The translations under genes were made by a program, and so were the position numbers. Under the pieces are notes generated by a model. The model saw only the letters and a list, made by a program, of their open reading frames with translations. It made no database searches and was not told where the DNA came from. This document shows, piece after piece, positions 14,351 to 28,160 of a DNA stretch of 64,000 bases. Positions within the stretch are counted from its first letter, which is position 1; every line of letters begins with the position of its first letter. The stretch comes from Eledone cirrhosa (Eukaryota), in NCBI GenBank assembly GCA_964016885.1, contig OZ024740.1:395064001-395128000 (forward strand), in the 5' to 3' direction.

Positions 14351-14539
14351 TTCCACAGAAACGTATTTGTGTTTGTACATATTCTTTTAGTTATGGACAC
14401 TAATATACAAATATATGAATACAAGCAATGCATTAGCAGAATCATTTGAGCATTGAAAAGAAAATGGCATATGGAATTTGTTCTAGATTTTTAAGTTCTG
14501 TATTCAAATCAACTTTGTCATTCATCTTTCAGGGATTAA

Positions 14540-14878
14540 TCATCATCATCATCATTTTACGTCTGCTTTTCCCTGCTTGCAAGGGTGGGACGGGAACTAA
14601 TTCTGGCTTGATTTCTACAGCTGGATGCCCTTCCTAACGCCAACCTCATTTACAGTGAGTGCTGGGTGCTTTTTTGCCGTGACACCTCCACAACCACTTT
14701 GCAGTGGAATGATAGGGACCCCAGTCCCTATCATCTCATTTCTACAGCTGAGTAAACTGGAGCAATGTGAAATAAAATGTCTTGCTCAAGGAAACAACAC
14801 ATCACCAGGTCTGAGAATTGAACTCACAACCTTTCGATTGCAAGGCCAATGCTCTAACCACTAAGCCATGTGCCTCCA
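14540..14878 (-). mobile_element. SINE family B, full length
   Basis: Near-identical reverse complement of 39643-39976. Confidence 0.9.
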
Positions 14879-15644
14879 TATAATAACATATAAAAAATAT
14901 AAGTAGGATATATGTTTCCTCTCCTCAGAATTCTGGGTTTGTGTTTATGAGAGACATTGATATACAATTATATTAAACCAGTCTATAGCAAACCTTTTAT
15001 ATGATTGTTAGAGCTGTTAGGAAAGCATTCAAATCTTTCCCTAGTACCTTAAAAAGAAAATATACATTAGCTAATATATTCCTAGGTGTGTTATGTCTGA
15101 CTAAGAAACAGTCTGGTCATGGTCACATTTGATCATAGGTCTGTTGGAATATGAGCTGAAGAATAACGAAGCAACATGTCTTTAACAATTTCACATTTTT
15201 TATACTCCCTGGAGTTGACAGAGTAGCAACTAAGTAGATAGTGAAGAAGAGTTAATTGACTTTTCTCTTTATCTACATTTGTAAATATTTTTTTTTGCCT
15301 AATTTAAAAATCAATGTTTAAGCATTATCACTAACATAAATATGATTTATTAACTGGGTGATATCAACGATGATTTATCATGTGAGTGACATCTTAACTT
15401 TATCAAATTCTAGTTTTTTTTCTCCTACTAAACAAATATACAATACTACATATTTACTTAATGTTTTTTACATTAACACTTCAACATTCATTACAGAGGA
15501 ATCATAATATGTGCAAAGCACATCAGCAGATTTTACTTATATAATTTTTTTTTAATTACTGGGTGTAAGCAGAATCATGTGGTTAAGAAGTTCATTTCAC
15601 TACAATGTGGTTCTAGATTTCATTCCACTGCACAACACATTGAC

Positions 15645-15828
15645 TGGATTGGCAGTATCGGTGGAGGGTCGGACGCCGTGCTTTCCAGCATAGTTACGTC
15701 CCTTTACGATCTGAGTTCAAATCCAGCCGAGGTTGACTTTGCCTTTCATCCTTACGGGGTCGATAAAATGAAGTACCAGTAATGCACTGGGTAATTGCTG
15801 GCCTTGTGCCTAAAGTAGAAACAATTAT
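15645..15828 (+). mobile_element. SINE family A
   Basis: GGATTGGCAGTATCGG...GAGTTCAAATCC...AGTAGAAACAATTATT. Confidence 0.85.
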
Positions 15829-15869
15829 TGCCTAAGGCCAAATATTGTTATGTGGGTGAAATTTGTTTA

Positions 15870-15966
15870 GGAAAAAGAAGTTGAAAATGCAATTGGAGTC
15901 TTTAATGAAGTTTATTTACATTTATAACTTTACTGGTTTCACAAGTTTTATGATTTTCAAAAATTA
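15870..15966 (-). ncRNA. Degenerate U3-A8 hammerhead-like motif plus shared tail (same family as 37985-38085)
   Basis: Minus strand TTGAAAA-tcataaaacttgt-GAAA-ccag-TA-aag, followed by the tail GACTCCAATTGCATTTTCAAC also seen near 17860 and 37990. Stem II pairs poorly. Confidence 0.4.
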
Positions 15967-16384
15967 ACAGAGATGTGTGGCTATGCCATCTTGTAACTCA
16001 CATTTAACTGATGTTGGGAATTTCTATCTGTTTTTATGCAAAATAAAGTGACTCAGATTGTTATATGTTTGAAGTAAAATTTGAAGATCACATGATTAGG
16101 CATCAAATTGTTTGGTAATTTCACATAAAAAACTAGGAGTGTTATAGTTCTTTTCATGCAGAAAACTGGCTCTAATTTGAAATATAATTTGGTAGGCTGA
16201 GGACCATCATGTGATTAAGCATTGAATTTGGTGGTAGTTTCACACCAAAAAACGGGAGTATTGTGCATTAGTGAACAGTAGGAATTCGTGCCTATTTTTC
16301 ATGTGTTAAAAAGTCAAGGGAAGTTGGTATTGTTTTTCTGGAAGTCTTCAAAATACAAAAGTACAGGAATTTTATTTGTTTATG

Positions 16385-17221
16385 TATGCTCCGCTGGATG
16401 TGTAATAGTAATATACGTGAACGGCTAAGCATAAACGAACTAAGGAAAAAATTAGAAATAAGAAGGATCGGATGTTGTTTACTCGAGAGAAGGCTACGTT
16501 GGTATGGTCACGTGATGCGCATGAAAGACGACAGCTGTATAACAAAGTGCAGGGCAATAAAGATAGACGGTAGCCACGGAATAGGCAGACCTAGAAAAAC
16601 CTGGGACGAGCTGATAAACTCCGACCTCACACACTTACACCTCTCCAAGACAATGTCACTGGACCGAGACCTTTGGCGGTACTCAGTAATAGAGAAGACC
16701 CGCCTTACCTAAATACAAAGTAAAACCTACTACAGTCAGTAGGCATCTCTAACAAAATACACCCCGTCCCACCACCCCCACCCCATCCACACCGCCCCTT
16801 TCAATGTAAAGTTATGTTGGTGCCACAACATCCAGGCCGAAACAAATGAGATCGTGTAGGTGTCACGACAAAAAAACACACAGTTCACGCTGTAATGTGG
16901 CCGTGTAGGCAACACGGTAAAAACCTCCCAGCCCCACACTGTAAATGTGGTTGGTGTTAGGAAGGGCATCCAGCTGTAGAAAACCCGCCAGACAGTCCAC
17001 GCTGTAATGTGGCCGTGTAGGCAACACGGTAAAAACCTCCCAGCCCCACACTGTAAATGTGGTTGGTGTTAGAAAGGGCATCCAGCTGTAGAAAACCCGC
17101 CAGACAGTCCTATGCGAGCAAGACAATCACTCTTGCCTCAAGTGGGAAAACCCCCGTCCAAACCCATGCAAGCGTGGAACACGGACGTTAAACGTTGATG
17201 ATGATGATGATGATGATGATG
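16385..17221 (+). mobile_element. RTE LINE 3' segment (108-aa ORF2 C-terminus plus 3' UTR with a 112-bp tandem duplication)
   Basis: MLRWMC...ERRLRWYGHVMR...GRPRKTWDE...DRDLWR. Duplication units start at 16881 and 16993; (GAT)n tail. Confidence 0.9.
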
Positions 17222-17328
17222 TGCTTGTGTGTGTAGCTAGATTTTTGTTTCCTGGTACGTCTGAATAACAATAACAAAAAAGCAATAATAATTATTATCA
17301 TCAACATCACAATCGCAATGAGAACTAT

Positions 17329-17522
17329 AATAATTGTTTCTACTTTTGGCACAAGGCCAGCAATTACCCAGTGCATTACTGGTACTTTATTTTATCAACC
17401 CCGTAAGGATGAAAGGCAAAGTTAACCTCGGCGGGATTTGAACTCAGAATGGCAAGGGCCGTAACTCTCTATGTCAAAACATAGCATCCGACCTTCTACC
17501 AATACTGCCAATCCACTGCCCT
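17329..17522 (-). mobile_element. SINE family A
   Basis: Matches the family A consensus. Confidence 0.85.
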
Positions 17523-19117
17523 CTTGCCAATAATAATGATCCAATTGGCAAAATGAACAAAAATTGTACATGACTCTGTGTGTATGTGTGTGTAGCAATA
17601 GCAATTCATTCTCTTTTCTGTTCGGGTACAGAGATCATGTGATAACATAATAATGGCAACAACAATAGCAATAATAATTATGATAATTCCATAATCAAGG
17701 GTCACCTGAATCGGTGAACTTACATTAATCTCATTGAAAACAATCTAAATAAATTTAAATCAGAACAAACAGTGAAGTTATAAATAATTGCAAGTGGCAG
17801 TGCCCCAGCATTGCCTCAGCCCTGCAGCTGGAATACGTAATTGAGTAAACCTCCTTAAAGACTCCAATTTCATTTTCAACTTCTTTTTCCGATATTTTTA
17901 CCTTATTTTCGAATATATATAAAAGTATGTGTAAGAGACATGGTAAAAAGGCTCCCAGTCCACACTGTAAATGTGGTTGGTGTTAGGAAGGGCATCCAGC
18001 CATAGAAAACTTGCCAGTTATAGTCCTATATGAGCAAGACACGGTCACCTAAACAATCTTGCCTAAAGTGGGACAATTCCCGTCTAACCCATGCTAGCAG
18101 GGAAGATAGACATTAAACGACGATGCCAACAATGACTGTATATATATATTCCTTAACCAAACAGAGACAATGTAAAGTAGAAAAAACTTAGTCCTTCAGG
18201 AATCATGGCAATCTTTCTGGTGCTTGTCCTACAATGAAATGCTCAACAATGTACTCTGTAAAGTAGTTGTTTTTAGGAAGGGCATTAAACCATGAAAATT
18301 ATACATAAAATGGAATGTAGGAATGATATCAACAACCCTGAATATGAACTGACTTGGACTATGATGTCCTATGCAATAAATTCCAACTAGGAAGAGGACT
18401 TAAAATGATGGGAACTTCAGAAGCCAATACAACTTGACATCAGAGTCATTACAGATGACTGTAATGAGCTGGAACAATACTGCTAGACATTTTCTTCAAT
18501 GTTCTAATAATTCACTAGTACACAACACTTGACTGCTACTTTAATTTACTTAATCCCACCCATCCTGCCAAAGGAATAAAGAGCAAAGTTTGATCTTGAG
18601 ATTTGAACTCAGAACATAAAGAGCTGGAACAAATACTGCAAGGCATTTTTGCTAATCCAATGCCTTAACAGTAAAGTTACATGAAATATATTGTAAATAA
18701 TTAATTCTGAAACTGTTGTAAAAACAGCAATAAAATAATGAAATAAAAACAACAAACATCGATTAATTCATTAAATCGATCATCAAAGTAATTTATATTC
18801 ATCTCTTTGATAGCATTCAATTAACATGGTTTGCTGTGGTTTTACTTTTCAATTTAATATTTTCTGGCATGAATATGCTGTTGATACTACAATGTCACCA
18901 CCACCAAACACTACTACTAGTCTTATTAGTCAATAAGGGAGGCTCTATGTGGTCTTTCGATCTGCTAGAAACAGCAGCCTAACTATCTTCATACCACTAC
19001 ATATATTAGAACAAAAAATTGAATAATGTGGTCTTGGATTCCCTGCATATATGAAAAAGAAGAAAATGTCACAGCTAGTGTGATTTTGATTGTAGTTCTG
19101 CTCAACCAGATCTGAGC

Positions 19118-19275
19118 TAGGGCTAACTACAATAATTGTTTCTAGTTTAAGCACAAGGCCAGCAATTACCCAGTACATTACTGGTACTTTATTTTATCGA
19201 GTACCAGTAATGTACTGGGTAATTGCTGGCCTTGTGCCTAAAGTAGAAACAATTATTAGGGCTAACTACAATAAT
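19118..19275. mobile_element. Inverted (tails-out) dimer of SINE A 3' ends inside one 19-bp TSD
   Basis: Arms 19131-19188 and 19200-19257. TAGGGCTAACTACAATAAT occurs at 19118-19136 and 19257-19275. Confidence 0.85.
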
Positions 19276-20496
19276 GATATTAGTAATAATTATAATTTCT
19301 ACTTTAGGCATAGTGTCAGCAATTTGGGGTGGGATAATTAGATTACATTGACCCGAGTATTTAACTGGTAGTTCATTTTTTCAACCCTGGAAAATAAAAG
19401 ACAAAGTTGACCTTGATGAAATTTGAAATCAGAATGTACAAAAACATAATTAGATACGTCAAAGCATTAATGGCTTCTACTTTTGAACAAAGTTTCACAT
19501 AGTGGAAAAGAGAATAGCCAATTTAATGAACCCCCAATACTTGACATGTAGTTATTTTATCAATCCCAAAATGATTAACTGCCAAGTCAGCCTCAGCAGG
19601 ATTTGAACTCAGAATGTGAAGAGATATTAACTAATATTCCAATACCTTTAGCTTGGTTCTCTTCTGATTCTTCAGTTCACTCTGCATATATAATAATAAT
19701 TACTACCTGTCATGAGAATTTTTGAAATCTGGCTGCCTAAAATAGTTATATATGGCAAAGATTAAGAAATCGTTCAAGGTGTGCTATTAACCTCTGGCCT
19801 AATTGAAGCAACTAGCAATAGACTGATAACTCTATTACAGAATCTCTTCAGAGAGTCTCCTACTTTGAAAAGAAATACGTGATCCCAAGGGAAAAAAAAA
19901 CAAAAGAGATGGTTATCAATAATTACAATTAAGGTAAGGAATGAGCAGCCATGATTTCATTTGTCAATGTGGCCCTGCATTTGGCCTTATTTTTCATCAA
20001 TGAGGAGGAAAGAGGGATGCCATCACCTGATTATTATTTCTACATCAATCATAATTTCTTCCATTAATATCGAAACTACAAATTTATAAGGATCAAATGT
20101 AGTTGATCAAATTGAAACCAATATAACTTTCAGACAGAAGCAAATTGGCAAATTGGTTAAAACATTGGATAAAATGCTTTACAGTATTTATTCTGACTCT
20201 TTATGCTCTTAATGCCATTTCTGCTAAAGACAACTTTGCATTTTATCCTTCCAAAAATCAATAGATAAGGTATCCATCCATCCAGGCCAGTGAATTGGCA
20301 GAATTGTTAGGGCATTGTCAAAATTTTAAATTTATAAATAAAAGATGTTATTGATCAAATTACGAGTATTTAGTTCATCAACCCCACTTTTGTTACCATA
20401 TTTCTTGTGAACTAAACTATCTATGTGTATGGTGAAAATTTGAATTTAAGGAAATTTATTAGGCTGATGATGTTTAAAACATTAGCTAAGAAAAAT

Positions 20497-20842
20497 TCCT
20501 TAAATAAGATTATAATTGTTTCTAACTTTTTCACAAGGCCAACAATAACCCAGTGCATTACTGGTACTTTATTTGATCGACCCCATGAGGATGAAAAGTA
20601 AAGTTAACCTCGGCGGGATTTGAACTCAAACCATAAAGGGCCGTAACTCTATGCTGCAAAGCATGGTGTCTGACTCTCTACCGATACTGCCAATCCACCA
20701 TCCTTAAATAAGATTATAATTGTTTCTACTTTAGGCACAAGGCCTGCAATTATCCCAGTGCATTACTGGTACTTTATTTTATCGACCCCGTAAGGATGAA
20801 AGGCAAAGTCAACCTCGGCGGGATTTGAAATAAGATTATAAT
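20497..20842 (-). mobile_element. Two SINE A copies inserted serially at one target
   Basis: The target (TCCTT)AAATAAGATTATAAT occurs three times (20497, 20701, 20828), separating two SINE copies. Confidence 0.85.
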
Positions 20843-23800
20843 GGAAGGTTTTGATATAAGTAGGAACAAATTCAAATAAGCAGTTGTGTATCATAAAACC
20901 AGGGTGGTTTCAAGCAGGTTTTATGAGTTAAGGAGGTAAATTGGTAGGTGTCATTAGATCATTGAATAGAGTGCCTTATGGTATATGTGCTAGATCTAAG
21001 TACTTTAAACTCAAAGCCTAGTAAGTTAAACTATCACCTTAAGGAAGTGATTTGGTGCAGTTATTATAGCATTAGATGTGATTCCTTGCAGTATATGTTT
21101 TAGTTCTTTATGTTCAAATTCCATCTACCATCATCAACCACCTCATAACACGAAAAATGGGTCCATTAAGATCTAGCTAATTGTGATAGGCCTCCAGACA
21201 AAATGATACATCCATTGGAGCAGCACCTTGGTTGCACCAATATGCTAAGACAGAAAAAAACCCCAAAGATGTGAAAGGCAAAGTATACAGATATAACTAC
21301 ACACACCAAGTCATTTAATATAGTTTTCTATCATCTCTGCCATTTGTTTTCATAACATTGTTGTTTAACAAGGGAATAAAGCCACAACATTTGGCAACAG
21401 ATATAGTCAATGTTATTCAATCTAAAAATAGACTGCTACTTCCAAGGAAAGATAAAAAGCAAAGTCACATCAACCTTGCCAGGAATTGAACTTGAATATA
21501 AAGGGGCACAACTAAATATTACAAGGCATTTAATCCATACTCTATCACTCTCATCTTTTGTATAAAGATATCAGCAAAAGAAATAGGAAAACACACACGA
21601 GTAAAAACGAATCTTGTTCAAAGACTATTTTAACATTTTTTCTCTATTTTTCCATTTTCATTGAATAAACACCATATATGCTTTTTTTTCTCACTTCAGA
21701 AATTGCATTAAAATATCCTTACAATACTTTAAGTCTGTTTATGTTTAACAAATTTTATGATGTTTAAGTAAAATTGTCCAGGAAGCCATTTTGGTAAGAT
21801 TCAAAAAGCAAATTTCTGTCACAAAGATTTTGTGTATTTTTCATTCAACTTTTATTGGTTTATTTTATTTTTTTTTTTTTTAACCGTAAAAGCTTTAGAT
21901 ATGGTAAATGTAACATGAAAATCTAACAAGCAAATAAACAGAACATTCAGGATGTTTTAACCTGTTCCACTTTTTATGATGTTTGTGTGAAATTGTCCAT
22001 GTAAATGCATAACTAAACATTTTATGGAAAAGATGAAACAAACACAAGAAATAAAAAACAAATAAAAGAATTATACAGTTGAAAGGATATTGATAGTGAA
22101 GCAGTTTAACGTAATTTGGCAGAAAATTAAAAGGAAATTTATTTGAACGAAATAAAATGATTTTGTTGTCAGTGAATGACTCAACTGTTTGTTTCTTTCA
22201 ACTTCCTTTTTTTTTTAGTTTTAGGTCTGAAATGAAAAGGAAATTTTAAAAGGATTATACTCTCAGACATAGCAGTGTGGTTAAGAAGTTTGTTCTCCAT
22301 CTATGAGGTTCCAGATTTCAATCTCAATATGCAGCACCTTTGACAAGTGTCTTCTATATCTTTGGGTTAATTAATACCTTGTGAATAGAAGTTTAGACAT
22401 TCTGTGTGTATACATGCATGTTTCATGTTTACAATGGTCTAAAAGCCAGTGTTGTTTATGTTATGTGCATCTACATCTTCTAGCCTTGTAGTTTACCAAA
22501 CAGTGATCGATAAAATAAGTATCAGACTTAGATAAGTGCTCCCCACATGTCCACAATCTAACAGAAACCAGTAAAAGAAAGAATATTTTTTAGTTTGGGA
22601 GTTTCAAACTCAAGGACTCAGAAAAGCCATTCTGTTCTGGAAGAAAAGTGCAGCAGGCCAAAAGTGAGATGGATGGGAGAGTGATTGCTTCCAGTTATAA
22701 TGCTAATCTGCAATACAGCTGATAGGCTACTATTTTCTTTTCCAAAATGAATATGAATATGATAGTAAGTGGGATGTGTGAATTAGTATAAAATCTAGGG
22801 GAAAATTCTTTCTCAATTCTATTTTTACTTTTGGTAAATTCCCTTTTGATAATTACCGTTTTTTTTTAATTGTATTTCATGGGTAAATTGCAATGAATTT
22901 TACTGGAAATATTATTAAAACAAGGAAAACAAAGGCAAAATGTCAAATCTACTCTTTCTCACATTATGAAACCATAACATTTTCTGAAGATCTGGTGTGT
23001 GAGTTAGTTTTCTATAATTTCAGTTACCCCTCCACCACAATAGGTCTTTGAAACAAGCCCATGTAGATTTCACTAACGTTCTTATTAAGAATGTTTTTTA
23101 AATGTATATAAAATACTACTTTTCATTTTTGATCTTGAAGTGAAAGCGACTGAAATATTAAACTACATTCTACTCTGGGGAGAAACATGATTAGACTCTA
23201 GCTGATCTTAAAATTGTCTGTTTGCATTAGGTTAGCAGGTCAAGCTTAATACTGCTGCTGCTGCATTAAGGGACAAATTACTAAGTTTTAGTAAAACATT
23301 AGTCATGAAAATTGTTCAGTCATTAACCATAAAAAAGTGAGTTTGTGAGCTGCATGTTTGAGACCCCTTTTTCAGTTGAACCAGGCAAAATACTAAGGTA
23401 CCATGAGAGGAAAGTGACAGAAGGACAGAAGAAAATATTTAGCTCAAGGTATGAGGGAAGAAAGGATAGAGAGGGAGTGTGGTGGGATGCAAGGATATAT
23501 AAAAAGGGACAAAAATTTAAGAAGAAAAAGGGATACTGCTTACGAAGCTGAAACTTTATATAAATACAAAGGTGCATTTGTTATGGTACAAAGAATTACA
23601 TAAACAAAAAAGTTATACTGAAAACATTGTAGAATTTTGAATTTTATAATATTAATAGTAAGCCCCAAACATCACTGATACTTATTTTGAGTTTCATGGT
23701 TCTGATCTTCAGACAGAAGTAAAATTTGGAACGAGTACAAACAAAAGAAAAGAAAAAAATGAAAATTTCCAAATATAATGGTAGGACTAGATTGATATTC

Positions 23801-25639
23801 TTATATTTTGCACATGATGTTTAGTTGTATAATATGTATTTTGTGTTGCAATTCTACAAAACAGTTGTATAAAAATATAAAAGTGGGAAAATACACACTA
23901 AAATATTATATGTATTATATATATATAACTAAAACCTGTTTGAAAGTAAGATTTTGATAAGATGTGTATTAAAAAACATGGAAGAATAATGTTATCTCCT
24001 AGTAGTGGCCATGAATTGAGCTGATTGACAGTAAATAAAGGATAAATGGTAATTGCTGATAAACGTTAAAAGATAATGTAGATGACAAAAACGTTTTAGT
24101 ACATCCGATTACAAAATGTGATAAAAAATGATATTACATAATGTACATTTTGAAAATATAGAAGTTAAAATTTAACAAATTAATGAGGAAAAATATTTTT
24201 AAAAGGTATTAGAAGCGAAATGGGTTAAAAAAGATAATGGTAAAATGGATTATAAAATTAGCCACAGTAAAGCAAAGTGAATCAATCTAGAGTAGAGAGG
24301 ATTGGTGTTAAGGGAGTATTGATCTGGCAGCCTAAAGCAATGAGGTGTGGCTTGAGTGAATTTGCCCAGTAACTGGAAGTGATAAGCATTCTTTAATATT
24401 TACAAAAGTTAAAGATGGCTGTAAAGATTAATGTTTTTTTTTCTTTCAGCCAAAGCAAAAATGATATTATATGTTGAATTAATTGATACCGGAACAGAAT
24501 ATGTTTTGGTAAATGTTTGTAGGATGTTAATATCTCTGGACCGTAATTTAAGCAGTTAGAATTTTGTTACAAGATGAGCATTTTCTTATTTTAAGATATG
24601 GAGTCTTTACAAGGCGTTTCCATGGCTGCACGCAATTCTGAACATATATCAGTAGCCAGTTCTACTTTTATAATGCAGTCAAGTTAACAAAATAACTCTT
24701 TCTTAACCAGAGTCAACACAGTTGCAGGTAAGTGCAGTATTTGAATTGCGTTATTATTTTCAGCAATCTTCTCAGTGTTGTCACTTCTAGTGAGAGCTGT
24801 GAAGATTTTACATGTAAGGTATAGCTTACTTTGACAATGTTCCTGTTAAATAGTTTTTCTTTTTATCTCTCTTTTGTGCATTTATATTTGTATATATTAT
24901 ATGTTTGTCTTTTCGTTCTTTATTATATTTTTATACAACTGTGAATAACATCAATATCTGTAGTTCAATGAGAAACAGCAAGGCATCAGCATGAATAAAT
25001 CCTTGACTATGTTTGTCTTTACTAAATACAAGCCTATGTTATATGATTCCACATTTTCTACATTTATAATATCAAATTATTGATGTTCGTCACATATTTT
25101 ATTTCTTCAGTAACAATGCTGTTTTTATTACTACTTTATAGAGCTGCACGTAATCTAATCAATAGAAAATCCAGGTATTTACCTACATATGCTGAGTAGG
25201 TGATTGTAACATTTAGTTATATAAAACAGCCGTTTATTGGGTTTATAATTAAAAGTTCTTTGTGTTGAAGTTTAAAGTAGTAGTGTCCAAATTAATTATG
25301 TCCTTCCTAAATCTTTCAAGCTTGCCTTCGATCACATTTTTTATATCAACAACCTGTCGTTTCTGTAAATTCCACCCCTGATGATAGGGAAATATTCAGG
25401 ATGTAAAGTGACTGTGGAGGAACTTATCATTTCGATAAAAAATATATGATGAATTTTCTCGTGTGCATAGTTATATCGATGTCAGATTCATTGATTGGTG
25501 TGATGTTGTTAGCAAAATTTAGAGCATTGTTTAGAAGATACTAAATAGCTTTGAAATATGTAAATTTGCAGTTCTGCTTGCTTTCAATACCACAGAATTA
25601 TTTTAATATTTCCATAATAATACACCATTATAGGCTACG

Positions 25640-26400
25640 TTGGAGCTGACTCATCCTGGTGTGGAGAAACAAGAGGCTGTCCCAGCAACAGATCTCCATA
25701 TCACTCTGTCCCTGACAGTTTTGCATATTTTACTTTCTTGAGTTGGATGCCATAACTAAATCAACCAACAATATGCTTCATATAGCTTAGTTTCAGTCTG
25801 CCTCTGCTTCTTTTCCCATGTTGTGGGAAGTATATACGGTATTGCTGAAGTAAATCTTCCTTGAAATAATAATAATAACAATAACAAAGTCCAATGGATG
25901 ATGACTGCCGATAAATTACCGTGTTAACTAATAGGCTGGTACTTATTTGCTCGTATACATGATCTGTTCTGCTGAGTTTTAAAGTAACATGATCTGTTCT
26001 GCTGAGTTTTAAAGGCATCAAATTTTTTCCTTTGTCATTTTGTAATGGTGTACAACACAGTTGCATAAAGAAGAACACACAGAACTGATACATTAAAAGA
26101 GATACTGGCACTCAATTTCCAAGTATTTTGCTTTTTTCATTTTCCAAAAGGCTTTCCAAGTTTTTGAGCTTCTGCATTTGAAATGTTTCATGGCACCGTT
26201 GACAAAAGACCCTAGATGCTGAAGATTTATCAACGGTCTCAGGTGCTTTTCCATCTCGAGTTATATTACCACAGTCAATATTTGTCCCCGTGGCTTTAGT
26301 CTTGTCTATGTTAATTAACACACCTAACTTCTTTAGCTGATGTTTAGAGATGTCTTGTTTCCTAATTTCATAATAAGGATTTTTTAGCTGAGTCACTCAA
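25640..26400 (-). mobile_element. Degenerate RTE-like LINE 3' relic
   Basis: LGVLINIDKTK and PQHGKRSRGRLKLSYMKHI segments resemble the RTE ORF2 C-terminus. Confidence 0.55.
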
Positions 26401-27519
26401 CCCAAATTTAAGGTTAGTTGTATAATTTGGTTTATCCTCCTTTAACAGGATTACACTCTCTGCGATTAGTCAAATATTTGACCCGATCTTCTCTGTCTCG
26501 TCTTGAGATGATTTCTTTAGTTTCTATGTTAATGTATGCGCTCATGTCCGCACAAGATTTTTTTTAATACACAATGGTTATGTTGTTTTAAGTGTCCATA
26601 CAGTATAGGATTTTCTTCTTGAAATATGCTAAAAATTACTAGCTTCATTTTAGGCTACTTGCAATAATGTCACTGTAAAGAATTCACGTCTAGGCTTAAG
26701 CGAGAAAATTTCTTTGCAACAAAATTCCAACTGCTTAAATCTAAAGTTCAGAGCTATCAAATTCTTGCAAACACATGCCAAAGTACCTTTTAGCTTGCCA
26801 TAAACCGATTTACTACATCTCACCAGTTTTGCTCGGGCTAGATAACAATTGTTGCTAATTCTAGCATAAGACCAGCAGTTTTTAGGGGAAGGGGAATGTC
26901 AATTATATCAGTCCCAGTACTTCACTTCTACTTTATTTTATCGACCTCGGAAGTATGAAAGTCAAAGTTGAATCTAGAATTTAAAGAGTATTTGTCAGAA
27001 GAAGAAGATTGTGAAACTTTACAGCCATTTTTGTTAACTTTCATACACACATTTCAGATGAACTCTAGTCAATTCCAGTTACTCTGCACATCCAAGCAGC
27101 CCCTTCTGATTTACTTTGTACTTTTTGGGCATGCTCTATTAACGCCAGTTACACCCAATTAACCTAACATCCCGTTTTTTGTCATTTTTTATTCATTTTA
27201 CTTTCATCTTTTTTAATCAGTTTTTTCAATTTTATATTTAAATTTCTTTAATTGGAAATCTAAATTTTATAAGTTTATAATTTTTTTACCCATTTTCATA
27301 GGATAAAGAGGAAATGTTTTTATCATCTATCTTAACATCAATCAATAATTACCACTTATTTTTATGCACCAGACAACCAGCTAAATTCATTGCTCCAATC
27401 ACCTTAATGTAATATATCATTCTTCCTGGTTCTATAATAGGCATGGTTCTTTCAAATTCTTACATATTTTTCAAATATATTTTTCACACATATATTTTAA
27501 TATTTATTTTTAGCAACAA

Positions 27520-28160
27520 AGGAAAACTGTATGATATGCCTACTTTGAATGTAGGTGTTGGATTCCACCAAGGATGAATACTGTCACCACTCTTGTTCAT
27601 AATCTTCATGAACAGGATTGGCATGCACAACCAGGTTGAAAATGATAACAAAACTGGTAGATGAAGGATCAGTTGGCTAAAATTTGCTGAGGACATGGTA
27701 CTACTTAACTTGCAAAAAAGTGATTGCCAGCATGCACTTGAGAGGTTTGTTACTGAGAGCTGCATGACAGGAATGAAAATCAGTGCTACAAAGATTGTGC
27801 AGTGCACTCTACATGTGAGTGGAGTTCCATTGAAGCAGGTGCAGAAGTTAAAGTATCTTGGGGTCATTTTCATAAGCATTGGAAGGCAAGAGTCTGAATT
27901 AAGTGCAGTAATGTGCCATCTCCAGGATTTGGCCATCAGAAGAAGGAGGGTGGGTGTAAAAGCCAAGCTTACTATCTTCAATTTGGTATTCACAAATACA
28001 AACAGGTGAAATGGGGTTTATCAAAAGGGTCTTTAGGGTAATGTTACTTGATAGAGAGCATAGCCAAGTGATCAGGGAGTCACTCCAGGTAGATCCACTT
28101 CTTCAAAATGAGAGATAACAGCTTTGACACTATTGGCATGTGGTCAGAATGTCTAAGGAA
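27520..28160 (+). mobile_element. Degenerate RTE-clade RT fragment
   Basis: VGVGFHQG*ILSPLLFIIFMNRI, FAEDMVLL (FADD-like), GMKISATK and KYLGVIF. Confidence 0.75.

Noticed and set aside
23685-23720. Other CTGANGA...GAAA matches (also 13104, 14922, 25378, 34902, 37812)
   Set aside because: Stems I-III cannot be formed, so they are not called as ribozymes.
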